DNA of 64,000 nt from a virus (lineage: Duplodnaviria; Caudoviricetes), in IMG/VR virus record IMGVR_UViG_3300031216_000012, positions 1,845 through 65,844 of that record. The stretch is one strand, 5' to 3'. This document shows, in pieces, positions 47,639 through 56,418 of the stretch. Below the pieces are notes generated by a model. It saw only the letters and a program-made list of their open reading frames with translations, had not been told where the DNA came from and did not search any database. Numbering within the stretch: the stretch's first letter is position 1; each line of letters begins with the position of its first letter. The translations under genes and the position numbers were made by a program.

Positions 47639-47988
47639 CGAACTACGACCTCCTCTCCGTTCTCGCTGAGGGCGCGTAGGGGGAATTTTGGGACAGTTGG
47701 TTTCCAAAGCACCCCGTCGATACTGATCCAGCATTCATCGCAGCAAATGAACTCGAGGCCATTATCCATGCTTTTAAAAGCCCGATACCCCGAATCCCAA
47801 GCCTCTAGGTGGCTGTGATAAAGCGTCGGCTCCAGCTTGGTATCACGCTGCCGGACGAACATTCCTTTTCCTGGTCCTGTCATCGTTTCTTTCTCCTGCT
47901 GTGGTGTATTCAGCGCGATGGTCTCGGCTGCGTTTAGCTCGTCAAGTTTCGCCTCGGTGCCTACCGGGTGGACCTCGAAGTCAGTCAT
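47635..47988 (-). CDS. Hypothetical protein
   Basis: ATGA overlap with the upstream repeat gene. Confidence 0.55.
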   Translation of the reverse strand: MTDFEVHPVGTEAKLDELNAAETIALNTPQQEKETMTGPGKGMFVRQRDTKLEPTLYHSHLEAWDSGYRAFKSMDNGLEFICCDECWISIDGVLWKPTVPKFPLRALSENGEEVVVR

Positions 47989-48431
47989 GATTCACCCCAC
48001 TCTATGATGGTTTTTCCGTCTTCGTGGCTGATCCGCACACCAGACGCGAATATTTCTAGGCGGCAAGGCGATTTCCATTTGGTATGCGGCAATTTTCGCC
48101 CTTGTCTTTCTACGTATTCAGCAATCAACTTATCAGGCGGACAGAGAGGCCGGTTTGCCATCACCCGTTCTTTGTCGGCTGGACTAAGTCCAGTCAAGTC
48201 GATCGGACAGTCAGGCCGTTTAGCCATCACCCGTGCTCGGTCGTATGAATCAAGTCCAGTCAAGTCGATCGGACAATCCGACCGGTTTGCCATCACCCGT
48301 GCTCGGTTGTATGGACTAAGTCCAGTCAAGTCGATCGGACAGTCAGGCCTGTTGATCATCACCCATGCTCGGTCGTATGAATCAAGTTCAGTCAGGTCGA
48401 TCGCTCGCCCGTCTTCATTTGACGTTGTCAT
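47985..48431 (-). CDS. 22-aa repeat protein (4 units plus a unique C-terminus)
   Basis: RPDCPIDLTGLxxxxRARVMxN units. Confidence 0.75.
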   Translation of the reverse strand: MTTSNEDGRAIDLTELDSYDRAWVMINRPDCPIDLTGLSPYNRARVMANRSDCPIDLTGLDSYDRARVMAKRPDCPIDLTGLSPADKERVMANRPLCPPDKLIAEYVERQGRKLPHTKWKSPCRLEIFASGVRISHEDGKTIIEWGES

Positions 48432-49575
48432 TTTATCTCCTCGAGTTCATTGTCAATTGGACAATCCGACCGGTTTGCCATCACCAGTTCTTTGTCGGTT
48501 GGACCAAGTCCAGTAAGGTCGATCGGACAGTCTGACCGGTTTGCCATAACCCGTGCTCGGTGATGTGACTCAAGTTCAGTCAGGTCGATCGGACAGTCAG
48601 GCCTGTTGATCATCACCCGTTCTTTGTCGGCTGGATCAAGTCCAGTCAAGTCGATCGGACAGTCAGGCCTGTATGCCATTACCCATGATCGGTCACCTGA
48701 ATCAAATCCAGTCAAGTCGATCGGACAGTCGGGCCTGTTGATCATCACCCGCGCTCTGTCGGTTGGACCAAGTCCAGTAAGGTCGATCGGACAGTCTGAC
48801 CGGTTTGCCATAACCCGTGCTCGGTGATGTGACTCAAGTCCAGTCAGGTCGATCGGACAGTCAGGCCTGTTGATCATCACCCGTACTCGGTCGTATGAAT
48901 CAAGTCCAGTCAAGTCGATCGGACAGTCAGGCCTGTATGCCATTACCCATGATCGGTCAGATGGATCAAGTTCAGTCAGGTCGATCGGACAGTCGGGCCT
49001 GTTGATCATCACCCGCGCTCTGTCACGTGAATCAAGTCCAGTCAAGTCGATCGGACAGTCAGGCCTGTCGATCATCAACCATGATCGGTCGTATGAATCA
49101 AGTCCAGTCAAGTCGATCTCTTCGTGGTTTAAAGTTGTCATTTTATCTCCTCGAGTTCATTGTCAATTGGACAGTCGGGCCTGTTGATCCTCACCAGTTC
49201 TTTGCCTGCTGGACCAAGTCCAGTAAGGTCGATCGGACAGTCGGGCCTGTTGATCATCACCCGTGCTCGGCGCCATGAATTGAGTCCAGTCAAGTCGATC
49301 GGACAGTCAGGCCTGTTGATCATCACCCGTGCTCGGTCGTATGAATCAAGTCCAGTCAAGTCGATCGGGCAGTCAGGCCTGTTGATCATCACCCGTGCTC
49401 GGTCAGATGGATCAAGTTCAGTCAGGTCGATCGGACAGTCTGACCGGTTTGCCATAACCCGTGCTCGGTGATGTGACTCAAGTCCAGTCAAGTCGATCGG
49501 ACAGTCTGACCGGTTTGCCATAACCCGTGCTCGGTGATGTGACTCAAGTTCAGTCAGGTCGATCGGACAATCTGG
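48150..49575. repeat. 66-bp coding tandem repeat array spanning three genes
   Basis: agtccagtcaagtcgatcggacagtc-type cores recur every 66 bp within each gene. Confidence 0.95.
48428..49141 (-). CDS. 22-aa repeat protein (10 units)
   Basis: In-frame 66-bp repeats; GGAG RBS and ATGA coupling. Confidence 0.8.
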   Translation of the reverse strand: MTTLNHEEIDLTGLDSYDRSWLMIDRPDCPIDLTGLDSRDRARVMINRPDCPIDLTELDPSDRSWVMAYRPDCPIDLTGLDSYDRVRVMINRPDCPIDLTGLESHHRARVMANRSDCPIDLTGLGPTDRARVMINRPDCPIDLTGFDSGDRSWVMAYRPDCPIDLTGLDPADKERVMINRPDCPIDLTELESHHRARVMANRSDCPIDLTGLGPTDKELVMANRSDCPIDNELEEIK

Positions 49576-49722
49576 GAAATGAGTCATAGCCCAGACAGCC
49601 CAATCAGGTCTGTGTCCTACTAACTCTGTCCAAGTTCTGGGCTGCTCACGAAGCCACTCAATAGCTTTTAAGGAAGCTTGTTCTTTAACAGCTTGTTTAA
49701 TCATCTTATTTGTGATTCTCAT
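49138..49722 (-). CDS. 22-aa repeat protein (N-terminal cap plus 6 units)
   Basis: N-terminus nearly identical to that of 56918..57349. Confidence 0.8.
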   Translation of the reverse strand: MRITNKMIKQAVKEQASLKAIEWLREQPRTWTELVGHRPDWAVWAMTHFPDCPIDLTELESHHRARVMANRSDCPIDLTGLESHHRARVMANRSDCPIDLTELDPSDRARVMINRPDCPIDLTGLDSYDRARVMINRPDCPIDLTGLNSWRRARVMINRPDCPIDLTGLGPAGKELVRINRPDCPIDNELEEIK

Positions 49723-49727
49723 GGTGG

Positions 49728-50015
49728 TTATTCTTCTGCAAGTCGGTGGACTTCTTCTTGGACAAGGTCTTTATACCGTTCAATAATTATCGGGCGGCTA
49801 AGCGTCGTTCCACCTCTGTCTAGTGGATACCCCGGCTGGACCTTGAAGCGCCCATTGCCAATATTTTCCACCAGCTCCGCGCCATAATCGCCGCCGTATA
49901 CCGCGTTTACTACGGCGCTCAATTCCATTCTTCTGGGCGGGTTTGGTAGATTGTTACTTGAGATAGTAGCGAATGGTGAATTTTCGTTCATGTGAAACAG
50001 TTTATAAGTTCCCAT
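49728..50015 (-). CDS. Hypothetical protein
   Basis: TAATG coupling and GGAG RBS. Confidence 0.55.
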   Translation of the reverse strand: MGTYKLFHMNENSPFATISSNNLPNPPRRMELSAVVNAVYGGDYGAELVENIGNGRFKVQPGYPLDRGGTTLSRPIIIERYKDLVQEEVHRLAEE

Positions 50016-50737
50016 TATGTCAACTCCTCGATGTCTGCGGGCTGGTAGCTGACGCTGCTGACCGGCTCCATGAAATGTACAGCTTTGACGGTGTCCAAGT
50101 CAACGTGGTCTGCAATGCCGTTGGTCTTGTAGTCGCGGCCGTAAAAGCCCCAGCAGGAGAGGTCGCTATCGACTTCCTCGCCGTGCTCGTCGACCAGAAC
50201 GAAGCCGTACACATCGCCGGTGAGGTACTGGTCGTACATCTCAACTTCGCGGCGCAGAATAGCTTCGATGTGCTTTTCAAGCGTGTCATGACCGTGTGCG
50301 GGGTACTCCGACGTAAACTCGCGCTCTACCTCATCCCGACGCACGTAGATGAATCCGACCTGTCCCGAGTCCCACGAACAAGTGAATGCTCCGGTGCTCA
50401 TGGTGATGCCACTATGGTCGTAAAGATATAGCGGCAGCGAGATGTAGAAATGGTCGAACATGCGGCCAGTAAACTCGTTGCACTGTTCTTCGATGTGATC
50501 CCCGTCTTGGGTCAGCGTATACAGGTAGTCAGCGTACTGCTTGAGCCAATCCTCAAAGTCAGGCTCCATCTCGCACACCAGGTTGATGCGGTGTTCTTGT
50601 GGATCGCCAAGAGGCTGCTTGTCACCGAGGATGTAGCGGCCATGCCAGCAGGCCATCGTGCCGAGGTTGTCCCATTCACGAGGTGACTCGGGTGAGCTGT
50701 CTCGGAATATTTGAAGGGTGTGGATGCGTTGGGTCAT
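50015..50737 (-). CDS. Acidic hypothetical protein of a phage/mobile-element family
   Basis: SPREWDNLG...LPLYLYDHSG...WDSGQVGFIY...YLTGDVYG...SCWGFYG. Confidence 0.7.
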   Translation of the reverse strand: MTQRIHTLQIFRDSSPESPREWDNLGTMACWHGRYILGDKQPLGDPQEHRINLVCEMEPDFEDWLKQYADYLYTLTQDGDHIEEQCNEFTGRMFDHFYISLPLYLYDHSGITMSTGAFTCSWDSGQVGFIYVRRDEVEREFTSEYPAHGHDTLEKHIEAILRREVEMYDQYLTGDVYGFVLVDEHGEEVDSDLSCWGFYGRDYKTNGIADHVDLDTVKAVHFMEPVSSVSYQPADIEELT

Positions 50738-50970
50738 TGTTCTGGTCTCCAAAAGCGAAAGCCCTTCAGCAGTTGTCTGCCACGCTGAAGGAATGTGGTG
50801 TGGCTACCGTCGATCTTGGCCCAGTAAGCCATCACGTTCTTACACTGCACACAGGCCGCTTTGGGGTCTTGGCCTTGGCTAACGTGCATGTCGTAGAGCT
50901 TATGGGCTTGCTCGATAATCTTGGCCGGGTACTTTTTACGTCGGCCGTAGCGGGTGAGTTGGGATTTCAT
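50734..50970 (-). CDS. Hypothetical protein
   Basis: AGGAG RBS. Confidence 0.55.
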   Translation of the reverse strand: MKSQLTRYGRRKKYPAKIIEQAHKLYDMHVSQGQDPKAACVQCKNVMAYWAKIDGSHTTFLQRGRQLLKGFRFWRPEQ

Positions 50971-50992
50971 GTCGTAGTCTCCTGATGGACAT

Positions 50993-51024
50993 AAAAAAAC
51001 CCCAGACCGCGAACGGCCTGGGGC
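50993..51024 (-). terminator. Rho-independent terminator
   Basis: Minus strand ccccagg...ctgggg followed by T7. Confidence 0.8.
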
Positions 51025-51072
51025 AAAAAGCTGGCTAGGAGTGTCTGAAGTACAGCCAGCTTGAGGGAGTCG

Positions 51073-51852
51073 TTAGATGGTAGCAGATTCCTCCTCCTCG
51101 CGCTCAGCGACTTCGTCGGGCTGAGGTGTACGTCCGCCCCAGAGCATCTCGCGGGTCGTGTTCTGAGCGGCGCGGCGGTGCGGACCGGAACTCTGGTTGT
51201 TCTGCAGGCTCCACGCTGCGAGGTTGAGGCACTGATCGACGCCGCGGGTGATGTTGACAGTGGCCCCGGAGTCTTCGCACCAGTCGAGGACACTGGCAAT
51301 CTTCAGCGCCTGGTTACGGCTCGCTTCGAGGTTATAGAGCGAGGACTCAGCGGCATCCTCGTTGCCGTTGTTCTGATAACGCTCCACGTTGCGGGCGTGG
51401 ATGTCGACCCAGCGAATAGCGCCAGCCAGCTGCTGAGCGTACTGCGGAGCCAGGTTGTAGGCGAGCGACGAGCCGCCCAGGAACTGGTTGGACCGGCCCA
51501 GGTTCGCTACGAGGGAGTCAAGAATCTTGTTGAGCTTGGTGTCTGTCTCGACCTCTTCCTCGCGGAACTCGCGAGCGCCGAAGAACTCAGCGGTAAGCTC
51601 AGTCAGGTCTCGGACGCTCTCCATCGTCGGCTTGATGCGCAGTTCGCGCTTGCCGTTGACCGTGACGTGCATCCAGCGGAAGCCTGGGGGCAGCTGGATC
51701 TTGGTCTGGCGCTGCTCTTCGAGCAGGTTCTCAGCGGCCTCTGTCGCTTCGCGGTCGTCGCGCTGGCCCGCATCGCGCTGGTGCTGTGCACTGATTTCGT
51801 TGAAAGGGGCGGTGCCGGCTGATGTTGGTGGATTGAGTGCTGCGTTGTTCAT
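51073..51852 (-). CDS. Hypothetical protein, probably highly expressed
   Basis: 259 aa with strong codon bias, GGAG RBS and its own terminator. Confidence 0.7.
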   Translation of the reverse strand: MNNAALNPPTSAGTAPFNEISAQHQRDAGQRDDREATEAAENLLEEQRQTKIQLPPGFRWMHVTVNGKRELRIKPTMESVRDLTELTAEFFGAREFREEEVETDTKLNKILDSLVANLGRSNQFLGGSSLAYNLAPQYAQQLAGAIRWVDIHARNVERYQNNGNEDAAESSLYNLEASRNQALKIASVLDWCEDSGATVNITRGVDQCLNLAAWSLQNNQSSGPHRRAAQNTTREMLWGGRTPQPDEVAEREEEESATI

Positions 51853-51916
51853 AGATATTCTCCGTAAATTCTAAATGACGGTTCAAAAGCGAACCACTAA
51901 CTCGCATGAGACCAGA

Positions 51917-52378
51917 TCAGACAGATTCACCGTCTGATCTGCGTATGCCCTTCTCCGCTGCTGACAAAAACAGAGGAGTGGCCACGTCTACGAGCGTTTG
52001 GATTGCATTTATAGCGGCCGATAATTTTTCAGGGTTCTGTTTCAAGTCTTGTTCGATAGACCGCACAAACAAGGCCGTGTCAAAATGGAGTGCTTTGACT
52101 TTTTGCAGTGCTGAAATTAAGTCAGGACCAAAAGTAGACGTGTCTTCCTGTATTTTTACAACGCTTCCTGTTTCGAGGTCGGCGCGGGTAGCAAAACACC
52201 ATCCTTTGACGTTATCTTCGCGTGGAAGTTCGCCGCGCCATAAAACGTCACGGCTCCAAGCGTTGCCGTTTTCGTCAACGTGATGACACGTTGCGCCTTC
52301 TGGTGGAACTGATAAATCCGCAGATTCCATTATCTCTAACTTAGCAGCCTTGTACTTTTCGTTTACTTCAAAGTTCAT
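51917..52378 (-). CDS. Hypothetical protein
   Basis: AGGAG RBS; ends inside a cagatcagac/gtctgatctg hairpin (51912-51940). Confidence 0.55.
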   Translation of the reverse strand: MNFEVNEKYKAAKLEIMESADLSVPPEGATCHHVDENGNAWSRDVLWRGELPREDNVKGWCFATRADLETGSVVKIQEDTSTFGPDLISALQKVKALHFDTALFVRSIEQDLKQNPEKLSAAINAIQTLVDVATPLFLSAAEKGIRRSDGESV

Positions 52379-52393
52379 CCGTGATCTCCTTGG

Positions 52394-52726
52394 TCATTTC
52401 CTTCTCCAGATTGGTGGAATAGCGACCCAGACGAACCGGGTCTTGAGGACCGTGGCTGTGCCTTGGGCAACACGGCCGCGGTGGATCATGGGCTTGTCAT
52501 ACCCGAAGAGAACTTTCGAGATCCACAGCATGCCACTGAAGATCAGCCCTCCGAATACTGCAGCGATCATGCCGCCGAGTGTCCCGGCGAACATGAGCAT
52601 GAGGGCCACTGTTACGGCGATGTCTAGGTAGAGGTCAAGCCCTAATAGTTTGGAACGTAGGCTCTTGGGTGTCTTGAGCAGCAGGACATACAGGGCAGTT
52701 GCACTCATTAGTCCGATAAAAACCAT
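52394..52726 (-). CDS. Membrane protein
   Basis: ATG at 52726 after AGGAG; three hydrophobic segments. Confidence 0.6.
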   Translation of the reverse strand: MVFIGLMSATALYVLLLKTPKSLRSKLLGLDLYLDIAVTVALMLMFAGTLGGMIAAVFGGLIFSGMLWISKVLFGYDKPMIHRGRVAQGTATVLKTRFVWVAIPPIWRRK

Positions 52727-52907
52727 TTGAATCTCCTTCAAGTAGTGCAAATAAAGTAAAGTAAGCGAGTAAAATTAAAACGGCTACGCTTGCTGTATAG
52801 ACGTACATAGGAAAGTTATAAAACTTCTCGCATACTCGATCGAGTAGGTACATACTGAAAGCAAATCCTATAACGACTCCAATTAAATAAAGTGCGAGTT
52901 TTAACAT
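52635..52907 (-). CDS. AT-rich small membrane protein
   Basis: AGGAG RBS; two hydrophobic segments. Confidence 0.45.
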   Translation of the reverse strand: MLKLALYLIGVVIGFAFSMYLLDRVCEKFYNFPMYVYTASVAVLILLAYFTLFALLEGDSNGFYRTNECNCPVCPAAQDTQEPTFQTIRA

Positions 52908-52912
52908 TTTAT

Positions 52913-53809
52913 TTACTCCTTTGTGAATTTGGAAAACGATGCTTTGCCAGTAAGTTCGGTCAGAGGAATTTTGTCGTTATTTCCAGGCGTTAAAGTTACG
53001 CCTTCATTGTCAATCGGACAGTCAGGCCGTTTAGCCATCACCCGCGCTCGGTTGTATGGACTAAGTCCAGTCAAGTCGATCGTGTACCACGAACTGTCCA
53101 TGTCGGTGTCTTCGACGAGAATGACGGCGCCAGACTGGAGTTCAGAAGGTGATGCAACAAACCAGCCATTGTCGCCACTGTTTACACCAGCGTATCCAAA
53201 CCTAGACACTTTTTTTACTGTAAATGTGTCGTTGAGTTTTGGGCTAATTTCTTGGCCAGGGGGGCAGTAATTATTGTAGTCTGTGGGGATCTCGAAGTTG
53301 TACCAATCTACGACGCGGTAAGTTTTTCCTATTTCGTATCCCATGACATTGTCTTTTTGTGGCTCGCTGAAGTCGAACCTCGAAGCTGTCCAGTCGATGT
53401 TATTGAGGAAGGGGATGAACCGGGGGTTTGGGTGGCTGCGTTCGTAGGAGGAATCTACTCGAGCGCAACACCAAGAATTACTGCTGCGCTTAGGCAGACT
53501 ATCGAACTTAAACCATGTATCGTCTCCATCTTTCGCAACGAAGCGATGAGAGCCAGTCAGCGCAACTTCGAATGCCTTCTCAACGAGCCTCTTGATGACT
53601 GGCGAGTCTTTATGCACGGCGTAGTTGTGTCTGAGGTCGGAGAATCCGTATCCGTAAGAGCGTACTAGACAGCGCCATTCGGTTAATGTCGGGCTCCAGT
53701 ACATAATGTTGCCTGCATAGGTCGATATGGTGTTGTCCGGTAGCGAGTTGAGCAGCTCGCCCGATCCGACGTAGATGTAGTCGGCAGGTAATTTAGTAGT
53801 GCCCATCAT
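52913..53809 (-). CDS. Mosaic hypothetical protein carrying one 22-aa repeat unit
   Basis: IDLTGLSPYNRARVMAKRPDCPIDNE near the C-terminus. Confidence 0.6.
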   Translation of the reverse strand: MMGTTKLPADYIYVGSGELLNSLPDNTISTYAGNIMYWSPTLTEWRCLVRSYGYGFSDLRHNYAVHKDSPVIKRLVEKAFEVALTGSHRFVAKDGDDTWFKFDSLPKRSSNSWCCARVDSSYERSHPNPRFIPFLNNIDWTASRFDFSEPQKDNVMGYEIGKTYRVVDWYNFEIPTDYNNYCPPGQEISPKLNDTFTVKKVSRFGYAGVNSGDNGWFVASPSELQSGAVILVEDTDMDSSWYTIDLTGLSPYNRARVMAKRPDCPIDNEGVTLTPGNNDKIPLTELTGKASFSKFTKE

Positions 53810-53991
53810 TTATCTCCGTGCATTTTGTTAAGGTGACGTTCTACGTTATCTAACGTGCCGTTCCGGCCGGTAGGATAGGCAGGGCGCTTTTTTGTCGCGC
53901 TGCCTTGTTTCAACGTCATCTGAGCGTACGCTGCAGCAATACGTTGGTCTCTTTTGGTGTGGCCAGGATGTATTGTTCTGCGCTTGGGCAT
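53806..53991 (-). CDS. Small basic hypothetical protein
   Basis: AGGAG RBS. Confidence 0.5.
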   Translation of the reverse strand: MPKRRTIHPGHTKRDQRIAAAYAQMTLKQGSATKKRPAYPTGRNGTLDNVERHLNKMHGDK

Positions 53992-54028
53992 GTCGTTTCT
54001 CCTTAGATGAATTGGTTGTTTACGTTGT

Positions 54029-54436
54029 TCATTTGGACTCCTCGAATACTACTCCAGGGTTAGCGCGGATGAACGCCGCGATCTCGGGCCATGTTGCCCC
54101 CCCGTCGTTGGCGTCTGAAAGGGTTTGTACTCCTTTGGCTGGGCCGACTTTAAGTTCTTTGTCGTCTTGAAAGTTTCCAAGAGGCCCCCGAAGCCCTAAT
54201 GCTTCGAAAGCGTCGTCTGCTAATTCGCTACGGTCGCCATTGACCAGATAGGTGTGGGCGTGTTTTGGCTGCTCGTTGCCCCACTGGCCTATACCGGCGA
54301 TAATGGCCGCTTCGCCCAAGCAGCAGGCTTGGTAGCTGCCGTCTCCATTCTTTTTAGCGAGCTGTCTGATGCACTGACGCTCTGCGTTCTGCTCTAGCGA
54401 CTGGAGCCAGCGTTCTTGTAATGGCCCGATTTTCAT
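54029..54436 (-). CDS. Hypothetical protein
   Basis: WL-x-x-L...CCLG...L-x-x-AND-x-G-x-TW-x-EIA-x-FI pattern; AGGAG RBS. Confidence 0.65.
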   Translation of the reverse strand: MKIGPLQERWLQSLEQNAERQCIRQLAKKNGDGSYQACCLGEAAIIAGIGQWGNEQPKHAHTYLVNGDRSELADDAFEALGLRGPLGNFQDDKELKVGPAKGVQTLSDANDGGATWPEIAAFIRANPGVVFEESK

Positions 54437-54491
54437 GTTGTTTCTCCTTAGATGAATTGGTTGTAGGCGCGGATCATGTTGTTCACGTTGT

Positions 54492-54535
54492 TCATTTGGA
54501 TTCCTCGAATACTACTTCAACGGTCCGATTTTTAT
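54492..54535 (-). pseudogene. Internally deleted remnant of a 54029..54436 paralogue
   Basis: ATA AAA ATC GGA CCG TTG (cf. MKIGPL) is joined to GTAGTATTCGAGGAATCCAAATGA (cf. VVFEESK*), behind its own AGGAG. Confidence 0.7.
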
Positions 54536-54656
54536 GATGTGTTCTCCTTGTTAAAGACACAAACCCACATTGATCCTGAATAAACAGATCCACCGTTTAT
54601 TCAGAGGAAGCGAGCACTTCGTTTCCATACCGAAACAAATCAACAGACGTTTCTCC

Positions 54657-55460
54657 TTAGTCAGTGAGCCAAGTGGCGAAATCTTCTTGCGCATCGTACT
54701 CGGCAGGGGATGCGACGATCTGCGATCGATGCTGGTTGAATGCTTCGAACCAGTACGGATCGCGAGAATGTTCGGGCCAGGGCACCCGTCGCTGCGCGAG
54801 GGCCATCTGGATACGGTTGGTTTCATTGGCCAGTTTAGGGATAAGGTGGGTGAGCTCGAGGTCGAGCCCCATCCGGCGGGCCAGGATGTGATAGTTCCAC
54901 ATGCCGGCCGTGCGGCCACCGCCGCGCCATCGACAGTGCTCCGGCTCCCAGGTGATCTTGGAGGTCTGGGGGTGGAACCAGCACAGGTCTGACCAGTGGA
55001 ATCGTTGGATTTGGTGCATGAAATAGTTATAGCCTTGCGTACCGTTTTCTTGGAGCTGCTTGCTCGGCTGAGTGTCGGCATTGTAATTGGAATAGAACTT
55101 GAGAATCTCTACTGCAGCGTTGCCGTGGGACGGATAAAAGAATACTGGGCCTGGTGGTGGTTTGCGGTATTTCAGAGTGTAGATGATGTCGAAAATGCAC
55201 GTTGGATGTTCGTGCTGATTACGCGACAAGAGCTTATTGATGTCGACAAACCACGGTTGAGGACCGAGTTCTTTGTAAAGAGGATGCACTCGAGAGTGGA
55301 GTTTGTGCATACCGCTACGTTGCGATGTGTAGATTGAGTTCATGAATGGAAGGCGTTCAGTACGAGAATAAAGTACGCCTTTGTGCGGTGCATAGATGAA
55401 ATACTTGTTCAACGTGGTGTATGAAGGGAGGCAAGTTGTTGATTGTGAACGTGTTTTCAT
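54657..55460 (-). CDS. Hypothetical protein next to the putative origin
   Basis: 267-aa ORF, aromatic- and His-rich. Confidence 0.55.
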   Translation of the reverse strand: MKTRSQSTTCLPSYTTLNKYFIYAPHKGVLYSRTERLPFMNSIYTSQRSGMHKLHSRVHPLYKELGPQPWFVDINKLLSRNQHEHPTCIFDIIYTLKYRKPPPGPVFFYPSHGNAAVEILKFYSNYNADTQPSKQLQENGTQGYNYFMHQIQRFHWSDLCWFHPQTSKITWEPEHCRWRGGGRTAGMWNYHILARRMGLDLELTHLIPKLANETNRIQMALAQRRVPWPEHSRDPYWFEAFNQHRSQIVASPAEYDAQEDFATWLTD

Positions 55461-55471
55461 GGTTATACCTG

Positions 55472-55801
55472 GCTGGTTTTACATGAGTAATGCTAAGTGC
55501 TTGAAAGTATACAGGAAATACGGGGCATATCAGTGCATCTGAGCAGTTTTTTGAAAGTTGGTTTTACATGAGTAATTTCAAAACGCTGTAAGTTGTTGTT
55601 TTTATTATTATTATATATATATACTATACTAATATATACTATTAAACTTTAAAAAGTGGCTTTTTCAACTACGAGTTTTTCATTATCTCTCAACCACCAT
55701 TGTTCCCTGAATTGAAAAAGCGCGTTTTTACAACATAGCACCCCCTGCGCACCTTATCCCATTGATTTATAAGTACTAAACATTACTCATGTAAAACCAG
55801 C
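55472..55801. other. Putative replication origin: AT-rich core bracketed by 21-bp inverted repeats
   Basis: gctggttttacatgagtaatg (55472-55492) and its exact reverse complement (55781-55801); a third partial direct copy at 55559-55576; AT-rich tract near 55600-55650. Confidence 0.6.
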
Positions 55802-55871
55802 AACCACGAAAGCTAAGGAAATCAATAACTTAGCTTGCCACCCGCAAGTGGCGTACCAAACCTGACACCGG

Positions 55872-55983
55872 CTGGTTGCAACTGACTGGTTGCGCTTTGT
55901 TGCCACTGACTGGTTGCAACTGACTGGTTGCAACTGACTGGTTGCGCTTTGTTGTCATTGACTGGTTGCAACTGACTGGTTGC
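55872..55983. repeat. Iteron-like tandem repeats (ctggttgc x7)
   Basis: Cores at 55872, 55886, 55910, 55924, 55938, 55962 and 55976 (spacing 14 or 24 bp). Confidence 0.9.
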
Positions 55984-56035
55984 AAAAACGGTGTTCCCCT
56001 CGAACCCCACGCTGCGCGCCGCGCTCTCGGCCTCC

Positions 56036-56179
56036 GGCATAGTAGTAAGTTGGCCGTAGCACCCTTTGCAGGGCCGGCGGGTGGGCGAGGTGCGCAGCAC
56101 GAGTCTACCCTGAAGGCCCAGGGGGCATAGTAGTAAGTTGGGCGTAGCACGAGTCTACCCTGAAGGCCCAGGGGGCATA
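56036..56179. repeat. Non-coding repeat units bounded by ggcatagtagt/aagttgg
   Basis: ggcatagtagtaagttgg at 56036 and 56124; 34-bp direct repeat at 56096-56129 and 56146-56179. Confidence 0.85.
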
Positions 56180-56211
56180 AAAAAAGCCCCTGAGCCCGAA
56201 GGCCCAGAGGC
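56179..56211 (-). terminator. Rho-independent terminator of the first early operon
   Basis: Imperfect GC-rich stem followed by T7 on the minus strand. Confidence 0.7.
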
Positions 56212-56217
56212 GGTGAG

Positions 56218-56418
56218 TTACTTGCGTTGTCTCTCCTGCTTATTCCACTCGGCAATGTCGTCGAGTAGCTTGGGATCGCACATCTTGGTAGAGCGCGGGA
56301 TGCGAGTAGCCCACCAGGCACCACCAGCAGCTGCGCCGGCCAAGAGACCGACGAGTGGGAAGATTGCTCCCACTACGAAGGCGGCGATGATGTAGACGCT
56401 TGCCTTATTGCCGTTCAT
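56218..56418 (-). CDS. Small membrane protein
   Basis: MNGNKASVYIIAAFVVGAIFPLVGLLAG...; ATGA coupling. Confidence 0.5.
   Translation of the reverse strand: MNGNKASVYIIAAFVVGAIFPLVGLLAGAAAGGAWWATRIPRSTKMCDPKLLDDIAEWNKQERQRK

Noticed and set aside
47968-49471. Plus-strand SPVKSIGQSG repeat ORFs
   Set aside because: They are antisense frames of the minus-strand repeat genes, which have the RBS and coupling signals.
48150-49575. CRISPR array
   Set aside because: The period is exactly 66 bp and in frame within RBS-bearing ORFs, the variable parts are homologous to each other rather than unique spacers, and there is no cas operon.
55822-56324. ORFs spanning the iteron and junction repeats
   Set aside because: No RBS, they cross a terminator, and they stay open only because of repeat composition.
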